Of a stretch of 64,000 nucleotides of DNA, positions 29,355-39,170 are shown in pieces. Made by a program: the position numbers and the translations under genes. Each line of letters begins with the position of its first letter. Position 1 is the stretch's first letter. The notes under the pieces were generated by a model that was not told the DNA's origin, ran no database searches, and saw nothing but the letters and a program-made list of their open reading frames with translations. Location of the stretch: NCBI GenBank assembly GCA_964418365.1, contig CAYQLM010000001.1:24490-88489 (forward strand). The letters run 5' to 3'. This stretch comes from an uncultured Dehalococcoidia bacterium. Lineage in GTDB: Bacteria; Chloroflexota; Dehalococcoidia; DSTF01; RBG-16-68-14.

Positions 29355-29933
29355 ATGTCGGCGACGACCGCGGTCATCATCGTCTGCCGGCTCCTCGTAC
29401 CCCTCAGCATCTTCCGCTGGCCCTTCATCGGGGCGGTGCTCTCCATCCTCGCGGATGCGCTCGACATCGTCATCGCGACGCTGATGGTGCGCTACCTACA
29501 CGGCGGCGACGTCTGGAGCTATCACCAGCTCGATAAGTACCTCGACACCTACTATCTCTTCATCGAGTGGATCGTGGCGCAGCGCTGGCCGGCGCTGCCG
29601 CGCTGGACGGCGAATGCGCTGTTCGGCTACCGGCTCCTGGGCGTGGTCCTCTTCGAGGTGACGGACGCCCGTGTCCTGCTCGTGGTGTTCCCTGCGCTGT
29701 TCGACTTCTACTTCCTCTACTACGCCTTCTGCAGCGACTACGTGCCGTGGTACGAAGTCACGCCCGCGCGGCTGTTCACCTGGCTCGCCGTGCTGGCCGT
29801 GCCGAAGATGGCGCAGGAGTACGCCCTGCATTACAAGCACTGGCTGGACAACGTCGTCGCCGTCGACGTGATCACGGGGGTCTACCACACGATCATCCGG
29901 TGGTTCCGACGCGCCATTGGCGCGGTGTTCTGA
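29355..29933 (+). CDS. Hypothetical membrane protein
   Basis: 192 aa, several hydrophobic and aromatic-rich segments, no clear family. Confidence 0.5.
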   Translation: MSATTAVIIVCRLLVPLSIFRWPFIGAVLSILADALDIVIATLMVRYLHGGDVWSYHQLDKYLDTYYLFIEWIVAQRWPALPRWTANALFGYRLLGVVLFEVTDARVLLVVFPALFDFYFLYYAFCSDYVPWYEVTPARLFTWLAVLAVPKMAQEYALHYKHWLDNVVAVDVITGVYHTIIRWFRRAIGAVF

Positions 29934-29941
29934 GTGCGCGG

Positions 29942-30970
29942 TTAGGGCAGCCTCAGGACGGAGATCCCGTCGGGGAAGCTGAGCCCCTGCCCCATGATCT
30001 GCGGCGCCTGCGGTCTGCCGAGGTCGTCGAACGTCACCTTGCGCACCGTTCCCTTGCCGCGCTGCGGACCGGGCAGCTTACCCTGCTCCTGCACGAGCCC
30101 GAGGTCGGCGTAATAGATCGTCCCCTTCGAATCGACGGCGATCCCTTCCGGGTTCCCGATGTCGGTTCCGGTGATAATGTTGCGGACGAGGTGGCCGTCC
30201 TTGTCGTACTCGTTGATCGCCGGCGGCACGAACACGCTCGATACGTACCAGTCGCCGTTCGGCGCGCGGACGATGCCCGCTGGACTGACCATGTTCGGGT
30301 CCTGGATGAAGACCGAGCTGTTCGCCGGCTTCGATTCGCACTCGTCCGCGTTGTCGGGGAAGGGCGGCGAAAAGCGCAGCACGTCGGCGCCGGCCGACTC
30401 CGCCACGAGGACGCTTGCGGTGTCGGTATCGAACGCCACTGTGCCTGCCGTGCGCAGCTTGTCAGAGAGGATGCAGTACGTGCTGTAGTCGGGCGGGAAG
30501 AACACGATGAGCTTGCCGCTCGCAGCTGTGAAGCTCCCTTCGCCGACATCCGTCACGAACAGCCGCTTGTCGTTGTCGAACACGCAGCCCATCGGATCGA
30601 GGGACTTCGGCTCATTGGTCGGGCTGCTCGGCTCCGGTATCTTGCGCACGAACTTGCCGTCACTCGAGAAGATGCTCCAGCCGGAGTGCACGCCCTTCTC
30701 TTCGTCCTTGTCCTCCGCCATGAGGAGGCTGTTGCTGCCGTCCGGCACGAGGCACACCTGCCCGTTTACCCAGCCGGTGACCGGGATCAGCACCGTCATC
30801 TTGCCCGAGGAGAGGTCGTAGACATCCAGCTCTTCGTTCTGCGGGCTGTACAGCTTCTCGGTGCCCTTCGATCCGCCCGTGCTGCCCTTGCAGGCGCTCA
30901 GCGCGATCATCGCGCCGGCCAGCGCGGTCGCCAACAACAAGAGAGTTCCAATGTGCTTACTGCGCTCCAC
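29942..30970 (-). CDS. Probable lipoprotein with an NHL/SGL-like beta-propeller
   Basis: GTG 30970 after an AGGAGG Shine-Dalgarno. Signal peptide plus lipobox (LAGAMIALSAC), NHL-like motif (NPEGIAVDSKGTIYYADLG). Confidence 0.6.
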   Translation of the reverse strand: MERSKHIGTLLLLATALAGAMIALSACKGSTGGSKGTEKLYSPQNEELDVYDLSSGKMTVLIPVTGWVNGQVCLVPDGSNSLLMAEDKDEEKGVHSGWSIFSSDGKFVRKIPEPSSPTNEPKSLDPMGCVFDNDKRLFVTDVGEGSFTAASGKLIVFFPPDYSTYCILSDKLRTAGTVAFDTDTASVLVAESAGADVLRFSPPFPDNADECESKPANSSVFIQDPNMVSPAGIVRAPNGDWYVSSVFVPPAINEYDKDGHLVRNIITGTDIGNPEGIAVDSKGTIYYADLGLVQEQGKLPGPQRGKGTVRKVTFDDLGRPQAPQIMGQGLSFPDGISVLRLP

Positions 30971-32594
30971 CGGGACAACCCTCCTCGCCTTGGACACAAA
31001 ACGCCCACACAGCCGCCGGATTCTGCGCAAGCTGGCGCGAGATATCCGGACCCGTGCTGCCTCCCGTGCCGAACCCCGAACCGATGTAGACGACGCCATC
31101 GACGATCGCCGCTGACGAGAACCCGAGGCCTTCCAGCTTGTACGCCGCGAGCATGTTGCCGCTGCCGGCGTCGTAGACGTGCAGTTGCGTGTCGATGCCG
31201 CCGGTGAAAATTAGGCCCGGCGCTGCGCTCGAGGCGCCGTAGAACGGGACGCCCTTCGGCTGCGACCAGATCACGCTGCCGTCGTTGCCGTTGAGCGCCC
31301 ACGCGGGGGCGCCGTCGCTGATCGCCGTCACCACGTAGATTGTGCTGCCGAGGACGGCGGCGGTGCCGGTCATCCCCGCGGCGTCGCCTCCGGAGACGAG
31401 GTGCTTCGTCCAGTACGGCTCGATCTTGTTCGTGAGCTTATTCGTGCCTTCGCGATCGAGCAGGTAGTACGTGCCGTCCTTGCCGCCCACGCCGACAACG
31501 TCGCGCGACGTTCCGCCGATCGTTGCGCTCAGCAAGTTCGGGCCGGCGCCGAAGTCGAGGTCGTCGTTGTCGACCTCACGCGGTCGCCACGTCCACGCGG
31601 GAGAGCCGTCGTAGTTCAGCGCAACGATGGCGTCGTCGTACTTCGGCATCGGCGGGAGCGGCTTCGGCGTCGACGGGTCGTTGTCGGTGTCACAGTTGCC
31701 GGTCGTGAAGTAGACGAGCTTGCGCTTCTCATCGACCGACACCGGCGACCAGACGTTGCCGCAGGCGGTCTCGGTCCGGTCGAAGCCACAGCCTGGGCGC
31801 GATGACAGGAAGCCATCGGGCAGGCCGAGCTGCTGTTCGGTATGGAAGCCGTCGAAGCGCCGGATGTTGTCGCCCGAATTGGGCGTGCAGGTCGCGCCCG
31901 CATCGATGTCGAAGTACCAGCGCAGGCGGCCGTCCTTTGCCGAGAGCGCGTAGAAGCCGCCCTTGCCCGGCGTCCGGTCGTTCGTGTCGGTGCCGAAGAG
32001 CACCAGGTCCTGGTCCGGCAGCACCGCGGCGGAAGAGAGGATCTCGTTGCGCTCCGTCTGCGCGTCGCACGTCGTGCAGCCCGTGCCGGCGTCGAACTCC
32101 CAGAGCTTTTCGCCCGTACCGGCGTCGAGCGCGTACATCGTCTCGCCGCCCGCCGCGAACACGGTCCATTTGCCGTGCAGCTTAACAATCGATGGTGTCG
32201 CGGCGATGACGCCGTAGGAGATGCCCGGCTGCGGCTTCACTGTGAAGCGCCAGATCTCCTTGCCGTCCGAGGCGCGGATCGCGTAGACGTTCCCGTCGTA
32301 CGAGCCCGCGACGACGATGCGCTCCTTGCCCTCGTTCGGCACGTCGACCGTCGCGACGACGGGTGAGGACGCGACGGGGCCGGCGGTGGGGAACTTCCAC
32401 TTCACGACGAGGCTGGCGACGTTGTCCTTGGTGATCTTCGTTTCGCCAACATTGGCGCCGGTGCGGGCGAGGTTGGCGGAGAGGGTGGGCCATTCGCCGT
32501 CGGAGCTCGAGGCGGCCTTCTTGCCACCGCTGCACGCCAGCGCCGCTAGCGCGAGCACGCCAGTGAGCAGCACGAGGAGTCGACCAGCGCTCAT
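30957..32594 (-). CDS. Secreted PQQ-like beta-propeller repeat protein (BamB-like fold)
   Basis: 545 aa, signal peptide, repeated YA(L/I)xAxxGxxxW motifs (GNVYAIRASDGKEIWRF, TMYALDAGTGEKLWEF, GFYALSAKDGRLRWYF). Confidence 0.7.
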   Translation of the reverse strand: MSAGRLLVLLTGVLALAALACSGGKKAASSSDGEWPTLSANLARTGANVGETKITKDNVASLVVKWKFPTAGPVASSPVVATVDVPNEGKERIVVAGSYDGNVYAIRASDGKEIWRFTVKPQPGISYGVIAATPSIVKLHGKWTVFAAGGETMYALDAGTGEKLWEFDAGTGCTTCDAQTERNEILSSAAVLPDQDLVLFGTDTNDRTPGKGGFYALSAKDGRLRWYFDIDAGATCTPNSGDNIRRFDGFHTEQQLGLPDGFLSSRPGCGFDRTETACGNVWSPVSVDEKRKLVYFTTGNCDTDNDPSTPKPLPPMPKYDDAIVALNYDGSPAWTWRPREVDNDDLDFGAGPNLLSATIGGTSRDVVGVGGKDGTYYLLDREGTNKLTNKIEPYWTKHLVSGGDAAGMTGTAAVLGSTIYVVTAISDGAPAWALNGNDGSVIWSQPKGVPFYGASSAAPGLIFTGGIDTQLHVYDAGSGNMLAAYKLEGLGFSSAAIVDGVVYIGSGFGTGGSTGPDISRQLAQNPAAVWAFCVQGEEGCPGGAQ

Positions 32595-32649
32595 GGGCTT
32601 AGCCTGTATCAGAGCGTGGCTCCGCTGTCAAGCGCTGGGACGCGACGGG

Positions 32650-33427
32650 CTACCAGGTGCCGCGCGGCGCGTCCGTTTCCTCGCCGTTGCCCGCGAGGTG
32701 CGCGTGCAGGAACTCGCGCACCCGCTCCATCGCCTCGCGCGGCACGCCGGAGTGCGGCCCAGGGAAGTAGAACACGCGCTTCGGCCCGGCGAGCTTGTCG
32801 TACAGGCGGAAGGTCGACTCGCGCGAGAAGATCTCGTCGTCCGACTGGTTGATCATCAGCACCGGCCGGTCGATCGTCGCGGCTGCGTCCGCGAGCGGAT
32901 TCGCGCCGTCGCCCAGGATGCCGCCGACCGCGAACACCGCGCAGCCGATGCGCGGCTCGCGCGCCACCGTCATGATGCCCAGCACGCAACCCATCGAGAA
33001 GCCCATGTAGGCGGCGCGATCGTTGCCTACGTTCGGCAGCTCCCCGCAAGCATCGAGCGTGCGCTGCCAGTCGGCCGCCATCCCTTCGTACGTCGCCGGC
33101 GAAACGAGAGCCTGGCGCGCCTCGAGACCGACGTTGCCGTTCGCCGACTGCCGCCGCTCGCCGTGCACCGGCCCGTCGATGATGGCGACGGCGAACGCCT
33201 CACGCCGCGCGAGCCAGCGCGCGATCTGCAGCATCTGCGCCTCGTCTTTCGATCCGCCGGCGCCGTGGCCGAGCAGCACGACAGGCCGCGAGCCTTCGGC
33301 GTCCTCCGGCGTGAGCACCAGCGCGGGCACGCGCCGGCCTTCGTGCCCGGAGACCCACAGATGTTGGGTGGTGACTCCCTTTTCGGTCTGCGGCGGGTCG
33401 AGATCGAGAACTGCGGTAGTTGCCACG
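32650..33427 (-). CDS. Alpha/beta-hydrolase fold protein (dienelactone hydrolase-like)
   Basis: GTG 33427 after an AGGAGG Shine-Dalgarno; nucleophile elbow GFSMG; HGAGGSKD. Confidence 0.7.
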
Positions 33428-33485
33428 ATGGACCTCCTTCTGCGAAGAGCACTCCAATAGTGCGTCCGGCTCGGCCGGTTGTCAA

Positions 33486-34382
33486 CTACTGTCCGGGCTG
33501 CATCCTCAGCCACGCAAAGTACCGGTCGATGCCATCCTTGTAGCCCTGCGCGATCGCCTGGCGGGTCTCGTCGCGCTGGAGGACGGCGGCCTCCGTATCG
33601 TTCGAGACGAAGAGCGCCTCTCCGATCATGCCCGGCATGTTTGTCGGCCGAAAGCCGGGCACATCGCCCAGGAGGAACGTGTGGCCCTCGCCCGTGAGCG
33701 CTGCCGCCGCCGTCGCGCTGTCGCTCAGCACGCCACGTGGCGGCGACTCGTAGCCGCCGTCGCGCAGCCGCGCGATGATCTCGTTGTAGATGTCCGTCGC
33801 CAGGACACCGCTCGCCGCTCCGAAGGAGCGATCGGGATTGTAGTAGACCGACGTCCCGGCCTGGCGCGCGTCGTTCGAGCCGTTGTGGTGGATCGCGAGG
33901 ATGATGTCGGCGCCCGCTGCGTTCGCCTTGTCCGCGCGCGCCTGCGATTCGTTGCGCGTCGTGGCGGCGAAGTCGCCGGGGACGGCCGGCGTGAGGCCGT
34001 AGTCGTCGTCGCGGATCATCACCGTCCGGTAGCCGCCGGCGCGCAGGAGCAGATCGAGGCGTCGCGCGACGTCTAGATTGAGGTCCTTTTCGACGAGATC
34101 GACCTCACCCTGGGCGTTCTTGTGCACAGCGCCGACGTTGTCGGGGCCGCCGTGCCCGGCGCTGATCGCGACGGTGTAGGTGCGCGGCTGCGGCGTCTCC
34201 GCCGTGGCGACGGGCGTCACCGCGGCTGCTGGGGGCGGAGTTCTCGACGCTGCCGTCCCCGTCGGGAGCGCCGTTCGCGGAGTCGGAAGGGATGATGTGT
34301 CGCGCGTGCTGCATCCGGCGCCCAGTAGGAACAGGGTGACGCTCGATAGAGCAACGAGGCGTGGGAGCGATAAGAGGCGCAT
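33486..34382 (-). CDS. N-acetylmuramoyl-L-alanine amidase (Amidase_3), probable lipoprotein
   Basis: Signal peptide plus LLGAGCS lipobox. Catalytic region VAISAGHGGPDNVGA...E...LAIHHN; start taken at the internal ATG 34382. Confidence 0.78.
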   Translation of the reverse strand: MRLLSLPRLVALSSVTLFLLGAGCSTRDTSSLPTPRTALPTGTAASRTPPPAAAVTPVATAETPQPRTYTVAISAGHGGPDNVGAVHKNAQGEVDLVEKDLNLDVARRLDLLLRAGGYRTVMIRDDDYGLTPAVPGDFAATTRNESQARADKANAAGADIILAIHHNGSNDARQAGTSVYYNPDRSFGAASGVLATDIYNEIIARLRDGGYESPPRGVLSDSATAAAALTGEGHTFLLGDVPGFRPTNMPGMIGEALFVSNDTEAAVLQRDETRQAIAQGYKDGIDRYFAWLRMQPGQ

Positions 34383-34434
34383 CGACTCTGGTGACGAGAG
34401 GTCGGTGAATCGTACCACGTGCTACCCTGCCCGC

Positions 34435-35322
34435 ATGCTCGCAACAACCGCCGTAATCGCCGGCCGCGAGGTCTCCTTCACCTGCCACAGCGCCTTGCTC
34501 GCCGGCATCGGGCTGCCGAACTCCTTAGCGGCGATGAGCGAGTGCCTTGACGCCGGCGCGGCCCGCATCGAGATCGATGTGCATTCGATCGCCGACGGCG
34601 AGTACCTCGTCTGCCACGCGAACCGGTTGGAGGAAGTATCGACGTCGGCCGGCGCGGTCGGGCGGCTGACGCTGGCCGAGGCGCTCGAGCTGCGCGACAA
34701 GCGCGATCCCTCGTCCCGGCTGCGGCTGCTGAGCGAGGTCGTCGAGCTGGTGCGCGGCCATAGCTCTGAGCTGCAGCTCGACCTCAAGGACTGGCGACCT
34801 CTCACCCCCGAGCGCGCCAGTGCCCTCGGCGAGCTGGTTCGGCCGCTCGAAGGGCGCGTGATCGTCTCGTCAGGCCAGGACTGGAACCTGCGCGCCCTCG
34901 CCCGCGCGGTCCCCAACCTCCGCCTCGGATTTGACCCCGACCGCTACATTTGCGCAGGCGCGCGCGATGACGCCCCAGTGCCCGGGCGGCTGGGAGCGTA
35001 TGGTTACAGGGACGATCACCCGCTCGCGCTCGGCCGCGCGCAAACGGCCGCAGACTACCTGCGCGACCGCTTCGAGATCCTGCTGGCGCAGTGCCCGGCC
35101 GCGGTCGAGCTCTTCATCGAGTATGGACTGCTGTTACAGGCGCAAGATGATGGCGTACTGCTGGCGGAGCGGCTGCACGAACGCGGCATCGCCGTCAGCG
35201 CGTGGACGCTGGACCTCGATGGCCCTGAGTCGCTCGCGGCGCTCGAGCGGCTCGCCTCGGCCGGCGTCGATCGCGTGACCACGAACACGACGCGGCAGTT
35301 CATCGAGGCGATGGCGCGCTAG
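34435..35322 (+). CDS. Glycerophosphodiester phosphodiesterase family protein
   Basis: Internal ATG 34435 gives MLATTAVIAGREVSFTCHSALLAG...PNSL...IEIDVHSIADGEYLVCHAN (GDPD motifs); the ORF extends from 34180. Confidence 0.65.
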   Translation: MLATTAVIAGREVSFTCHSALLAGIGLPNSLAAMSECLDAGAARIEIDVHSIADGEYLVCHANRLEEVSTSAGAVGRLTLAEALELRDKRDPSSRLRLLSEVVELVRGHSSELQLDLKDWRPLTPERASALGELVRPLEGRVIVSSGQDWNLRALARAVPNLRLGFDPDRYICAGARDDAPVPGRLGAYGYRDDHPLALGRAQTAADYLRDRFEILLAQCPAAVELFIEYGLLLQAQDDGVLLAERLHERGIAVSAWTLDLDGPESLAALERLASAGVDRVTTNTTRQFIEAMAR

Positions 35323-36056
35323 TACAGCCGGTACCGCCAGCCATCGCGGCGGAGCATCGCCTCACGTTCCTCAAAGTCAGGCATGGCGCTAGCGACCAAT
35401 CGCCAGAACCGCCGTCCGTGTCCGCGCTGTCGCAGGTGGCACAGCTCATGGACGACCAGGTAGTCGAGCACTGCCATGGGCGCCAGCATCAGGCGCCAGT
35501 TGAAGTACAACGTGCCGTGCTTGCCGCAGCTCCCCCAGCGCGTCTTCTGATCTCGTACCACCAGGCCTGTTGGGGTGACGCCGGCGAGCGGCGCGAAGTG
35601 GCGGACGCGCTCCGAAAGCACCTCCTGCGCCCGGTCCTTGTACCAGCGCTCGATGACGGCGATCGCTGCGGCACGGCGTCCGCTGGCGCTCGCGGTTTGA
35701 GGCAATTCGACGCGGAGGCGGTCGCCGGCTCGCTCGACGTGGGAACGGGTTCCGTCCTGCGCCTCCAGTACGATCAACTCCAACGTGCCGCCCAAGTAGG
35801 GTAGTGACTCGCCGCTGACGAAGCGCCGCTGGTGATGCAGTGTGCGTGTGTGCGCCTCCTTGAGCGCCCGCCGGATCCAGCGCTCTTTTCTGCGCACGAA
35901 GGCGTCGATTTCGTGCTGTGTTGCCCGAGCCGGCGCGGCGACGACGAGCCCCAGGGTGGCGTGAATCGACAGCTCGATCGTTCTGCGGCGCCGGGAGCTG
36001 CGCCGCAGCGTGTAAGACGGAGGTGGATCAGACTCGTAGAGCTGTGTGTCGTTCAC
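35319..36056 (-). CDS. DUF45/YgjP-like zinc metallohydrolase (M48-like HExxH)
   Basis: 245 aa, HELCHL motif near the C-terminus, typical of the YgjP/DUF45 family. Confidence 0.7.
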   Translation of the reverse strand: MNDTQLYESDPPPSYTLRRSSRRRRTIELSIHATLGLVVAAPARATQHEIDAFVRRKERWIRRALKEAHTRTLHHQRRFVSGESLPYLGGTLELIVLEAQDGTRSHVERAGDRLRVELPQTASASGRRAAAIAVIERWYKDRAQEVLSERVRHFAPLAGVTPTGLVVRDQKTRWGSCGKHGTLYFNWRLMLAPMAVLDYLVVHELCHLRQRGHGRRFWRLVASAMPDFEEREAMLRRDGWRYRLY

Positions 36057-36127
36057 AGAAGGGAGCTGGCGCCGGCTACGCGTAGCTGATCGTCGATCTG
36101 CGGGGCGCGGCGGCTCGCTCGAGGGCG

Positions 36128-38464
36128 TCAGTTGCAGTTCTGGTGGTACAGCCGCGCGATCAAGAGGATGTCGTCGGTGCTCATCTTGCCGTTCGGCGGG
36201 CCTAGGTTCCAGTAGTTCGGCCCGACGAGTGTCCGGTCGTAGTCAGGTGAGTAGTCCGGCGAGCTCGACGTCTGGCCATACTGCCGAGCGACGAGGAGGA
36301 CGTCAGCCATCGTGTGCTGCCCATCGTGGTTCGGGTCGAAGAAGTCCCACTGGTTCACCGGGTCCCGGCGTCCGCCGAACCACTCATTGGGCCCGAGCTC
36401 CCGCGTATCGCCGCAGGCATCGTGGTCTGTATCAGCGCCCGAGCCCTGGTCGAGGTTGGTGGGTGAGGCGCAGTGAATGTGCACCGAGTCCGCGACCTGC
36501 GTACCGCCCTTCGTGTAGGAGTTCAGCCAGATGCGGTTGCCGTAGATCGATGGGCGGTTGAAGAAGCTCACGGTCGCGCCGGCGCCGCCGACGATGTCGA
36601 TCTGGCCAGCGGTCGTCCCCGCGCCACAGGAGAAGTGGATGTTGGCCAGGATTCCGCGGTAGCTCTCCAGCGTGCCTTTGCATACCAGGACGTACTGTCC
36701 GGGTTGGCCGTTCGCCGGCTGCGTAAGCGTATCTGAACCGTAGTTGGGGCAACCGGGCCAGCGGTTCTCCGTGATCCCCTGCTGGTCCCAGAGCGTGAGG
36801 TTGCCGGTGTAGCGGATGACGATCTGGTAGCCGCTGAAACCTCTGGGGGGCGGCGAGCTCTTTACATCGACGCTGAAGAACGAGCTCGGCAGCAACGAAC
36901 ATGTTCGGCCCACAACTCCCGGCCCGCACACGAGCGGCGACTTGCTCCAGTTCGGGTAGACCAGCTCTTGCATCGCTGGTCCAGGCACGTCCGTCGGAGA
37001 CGGCGTAAAGGTCGGCGTGCTCGTGCGGGTGGCCGTCCGCGTCGGCGTGTTGGTCTTCGTCGGCACCAGCGTTGCGACTACCACCGTGCTTGTCGGTGTG
37101 CTCGTGCGCGTCGGGCTAAAGGTCGGCGAAGGCGTAGCCGTCGCCGTATTGGTCGGCGTAAAGGTGTCGGTCGGTGTATTGGTCGACGTTGGCGTGTCGG
37201 TCGGCGTGAAGGTGTCCGTCGGCGTCGGCGTCTTGGTCGCCGTGCCCGTTGCTGTTGGCGTAAAGGTGTTCGTCGGCGTTGCGGTGTCGGTCGGAGTATC
37301 GGTCACCGTGGGCGTGTCGGTGACCGTTGGCGTGTTGGTCGGCGTGAACGTCGGCGAAGGGGTGATGGTATTGGTCGGCGTGAAGGTATCCGTCGGCGTC
37401 GGCGTGATCGTCGGCGTATCCGTCGCCGTAGGAGTGTCTGTCGGCGTCGGCGAATGAAGGAACGTGGGGGTCACCGTCGGCGTGCTGGTCGGCGTGCTGG
37501 TGGCCGTTGGCGTGAACGTGTTGGTTGCCGTTGGTGTCGCTGTGTCGGTTGCGGTCGCCGTGTTCGTAGGCGTGCTGGTAGCCGTATTCGTCGCCGTATT
37601 CGTCAGTGTGTTGGTGGGCGTATTCGTTGCGGTGTTCGTTGCCGTACTGGTGGGTGTCGGGGTTCGGGTGGCCGTATTGGTCGGGGTCGATGTGATGGTA
37701 GGCGTCCGGGTGGCTGTTGGCGTCAAGGTGCGCGTCGGCGTCAAGGTAATCGTTGGCGTCCGAGTGGCTGTTGGCGTCAAGGTCCGCGTCGGTGTCCGCG
37801 TTGGAGTCAGCGTGGGGCCCCCCGGCGTGATCGTACGGGTTGGCGTCGACGTGATCGTCGGAGTCGGCAACACCTGGCAGTTAATCGTCAGCGACTCGTC
37901 CGCCGCCTCCGAGTGCGGCGCTAAGCTTGCATCGACAAGGTCAGTACTGCCGTCCCCGTGTACAAGGGTGAGGATCCCCTGTCCGACGCTGTCGCAATGG
38001 AAGTCCAGATGCATGAGCTGGCCGACGTAGAAGGAGGTGCCGAAGGACGCGCAGGCGGTCTTCGCGTCGCCGGCGCCAAAGCCGCCTTCACCGGTCGGGA
38101 ATGTGCAATCCGGCCAGTTGCCCGCCCCCTGCTGTGACAGGGAGCCGGCGGCGTAGCTGATCGCGCCGGAGTACATAATCTCCACGTCATAGCCGGCGTA
38201 TCCGCCGGCCGTGAGCGCGGCTCCAAGGGCCTTGACGTTGAAGCCCACCGTGAAATTGGCACCACTGCCCGCGATGCACGTGGTTGGCCCCGAGCTGCTG
38301 TCGCACGTGCCCGTTGAGATCGAGAGGTCGAGCCCTGGTTCGACGACGGCGTGGGCGTTGCCCAAATGACTTGCCAGGAGCCAGCTAACGGTGCCTAGCG
38401 TAGCTACGACGAGGACGAGGGCAACAGCGAAGCGTGGGGAGTACCAGATGCGCAAATTCGCCAT
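36128..38464 (-). CDS. Secreted protein: two paralogous Cys-containing domains separated by a roughly 315-aa Thr/Pro linker, with a C-terminal dockerin-like module
   Basis: 778 aa, signal peptide. The C-terminus has [24 protein letters not shown]...[23 protein letters not shown]. Roughly 65% identical to the C-terminus of the 58118-59965 protein. Confidence 0.75.
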   Translation of the reverse strand: MANLRIWYSPRFAVALVLVVATLGTVSWLLASHLGNAHAVVEPGLDLSISTGTCDSSSGPTTCIAGSGANFTVGFNVKALGAALTAGGYAGYDVEIMYSGAISYAAGSLSQQGAGNWPDCTFPTGEGGFGAGDAKTACASFGTSFYVGQLMHLDFHCDSVGQGILTLVHGDGSTDLVDASLAPHSEAADESLTINCQVLPTPTITSTPTRTITPGGPTLTPTRTPTRTLTPTATRTPTITLTPTRTLTPTATRTPTITSTPTNTATRTPTPTSTATNTATNTPTNTLTNTATNTATSTPTNTATATDTATPTATNTFTPTATSTPTSTPTVTPTFLHSPTPTDTPTATDTPTITPTPTDTFTPTNTITPSPTFTPTNTPTVTDTPTVTDTPTDTATPTNTFTPTATGTATKTPTPTDTFTPTDTPTSTNTPTDTFTPTNTATATPSPTFSPTRTSTPTSTVVVATLVPTKTNTPTRTATRTSTPTFTPSPTDVPGPAMQELVYPNWSKSPLVCGPGVVGRTCSLLPSSFFSVDVKSSPPPRGFSGYQIVIRYTGNLTLWDQQGITENRWPGCPNYGSDTLTQPANGQPGQYVLVCKGTLESYRGILANIHFSCGAGTTAGQIDIVGGAGATVSFFNRPSIYGNRIWLNSYTKGGTQVADSVHIHCASPTNLDQGSGADTDHDACGDTRELGPNEWFGGRRDPVNQWDFFDPNHDGQHTMADVLLVARQYGQTSSSPDYSPDYDRTLVGPNYWNLGPPNGKMSTDDILLIARLYHQNCN
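36920..37865 (-). repeat. Extended low-complexity coding repeat (TPTxTxTPT linker) within the 36128-38464 gene
   Basis: Degenerate 6-12 bp periodicity (GGCGT/GGTGT/GTCGG). It generates spurious ORFs on other frames (e.g. 36968..37924, 37017..37457, 37464..38030). Confidence 0.8.
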
Positions 38465-39170
38465 CCTAGGAAGCTAGCAGCTCGCTTTCGATCTCTTGCG
38501 GGCAGTATGGTCTGCCTGCAACAGGCGTCGCACAACGATAAAACCAGCGGCCTTGCAGGTTTGTTTCAACGGGCAGTGGCTGGCTGCGGCCTGCGGGGAG
38601 GGAGTGCGCCAGAAGGTGAGGATCGCCGTTCATGCTCCGCATTAAGCGTGACCTTCAGCGCGGGGTGGGGCCGAAGGAATGACTCCCCCGTGAGCTCGCA
38701 GGAGTATAGCAGGAAGCGGGCGGCCGTGACCAGTCTCGCGGGTCTCAGTTGACATAAGAACCCAGCTCGGCGGTGGCCCGCCCTGTGCCGACGGCCTGGC
38801 AGCGGCGGGGTCAACCCGGTAGGCGCGGCGCTCATCCTCCGGATGGAGGCCGGGCTCCTCCCACTGGGCTCGCTCAACTGTATGTGGAGGGAACAGGCAC
38901 AAAGACTCAGGGGGCATGGCACAGAGGCTATGCTCGCCCCTCTGGCGTTCAGCCAGATTCGCGGCGGATGCCGCCCTGGGCATCGGGGCCCGTTTGGGAT
39001 ATACTGGGCCAACATCATATTCCTCATCCTCGGCCCACCGCACCCATCCCTCCTCTGCACTGGATCGTGCCGGCGCGGGACACGTCGCAGGGCAGCGCTC
39101 GTGCCACAACGTGGCGTTCCCACATTCAGGGCCGGGCCAACCAGTAGGAAAGCTGAAAGGAACCGGCCAA

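Noticed and set aside
29355-29933. Membrane protein with ADALD...HGGDV that superficially resembles the two-Asp layout of A24 prepilin peptidases (the missing TadV)
   Set aside because: The rest of the sequence is aromatic-rich rather than the polytopic hydrophobic A24 pattern. The GGGDxKL-type motif is not conserved, and the gene is 9 kb from the pilins on an unrelated transcription unit.
38845-38858. CCGGGCUCC-containing stretch resembling the RNase P RNA P4 5' strand
   Set aside because: The other universally conserved RNase P blocks (GGUAAGAGCGCACC region, ACAGAA-CCGGCUUA 3' strand) were not found by eye. It is left as an unassigned non-coding gap only.
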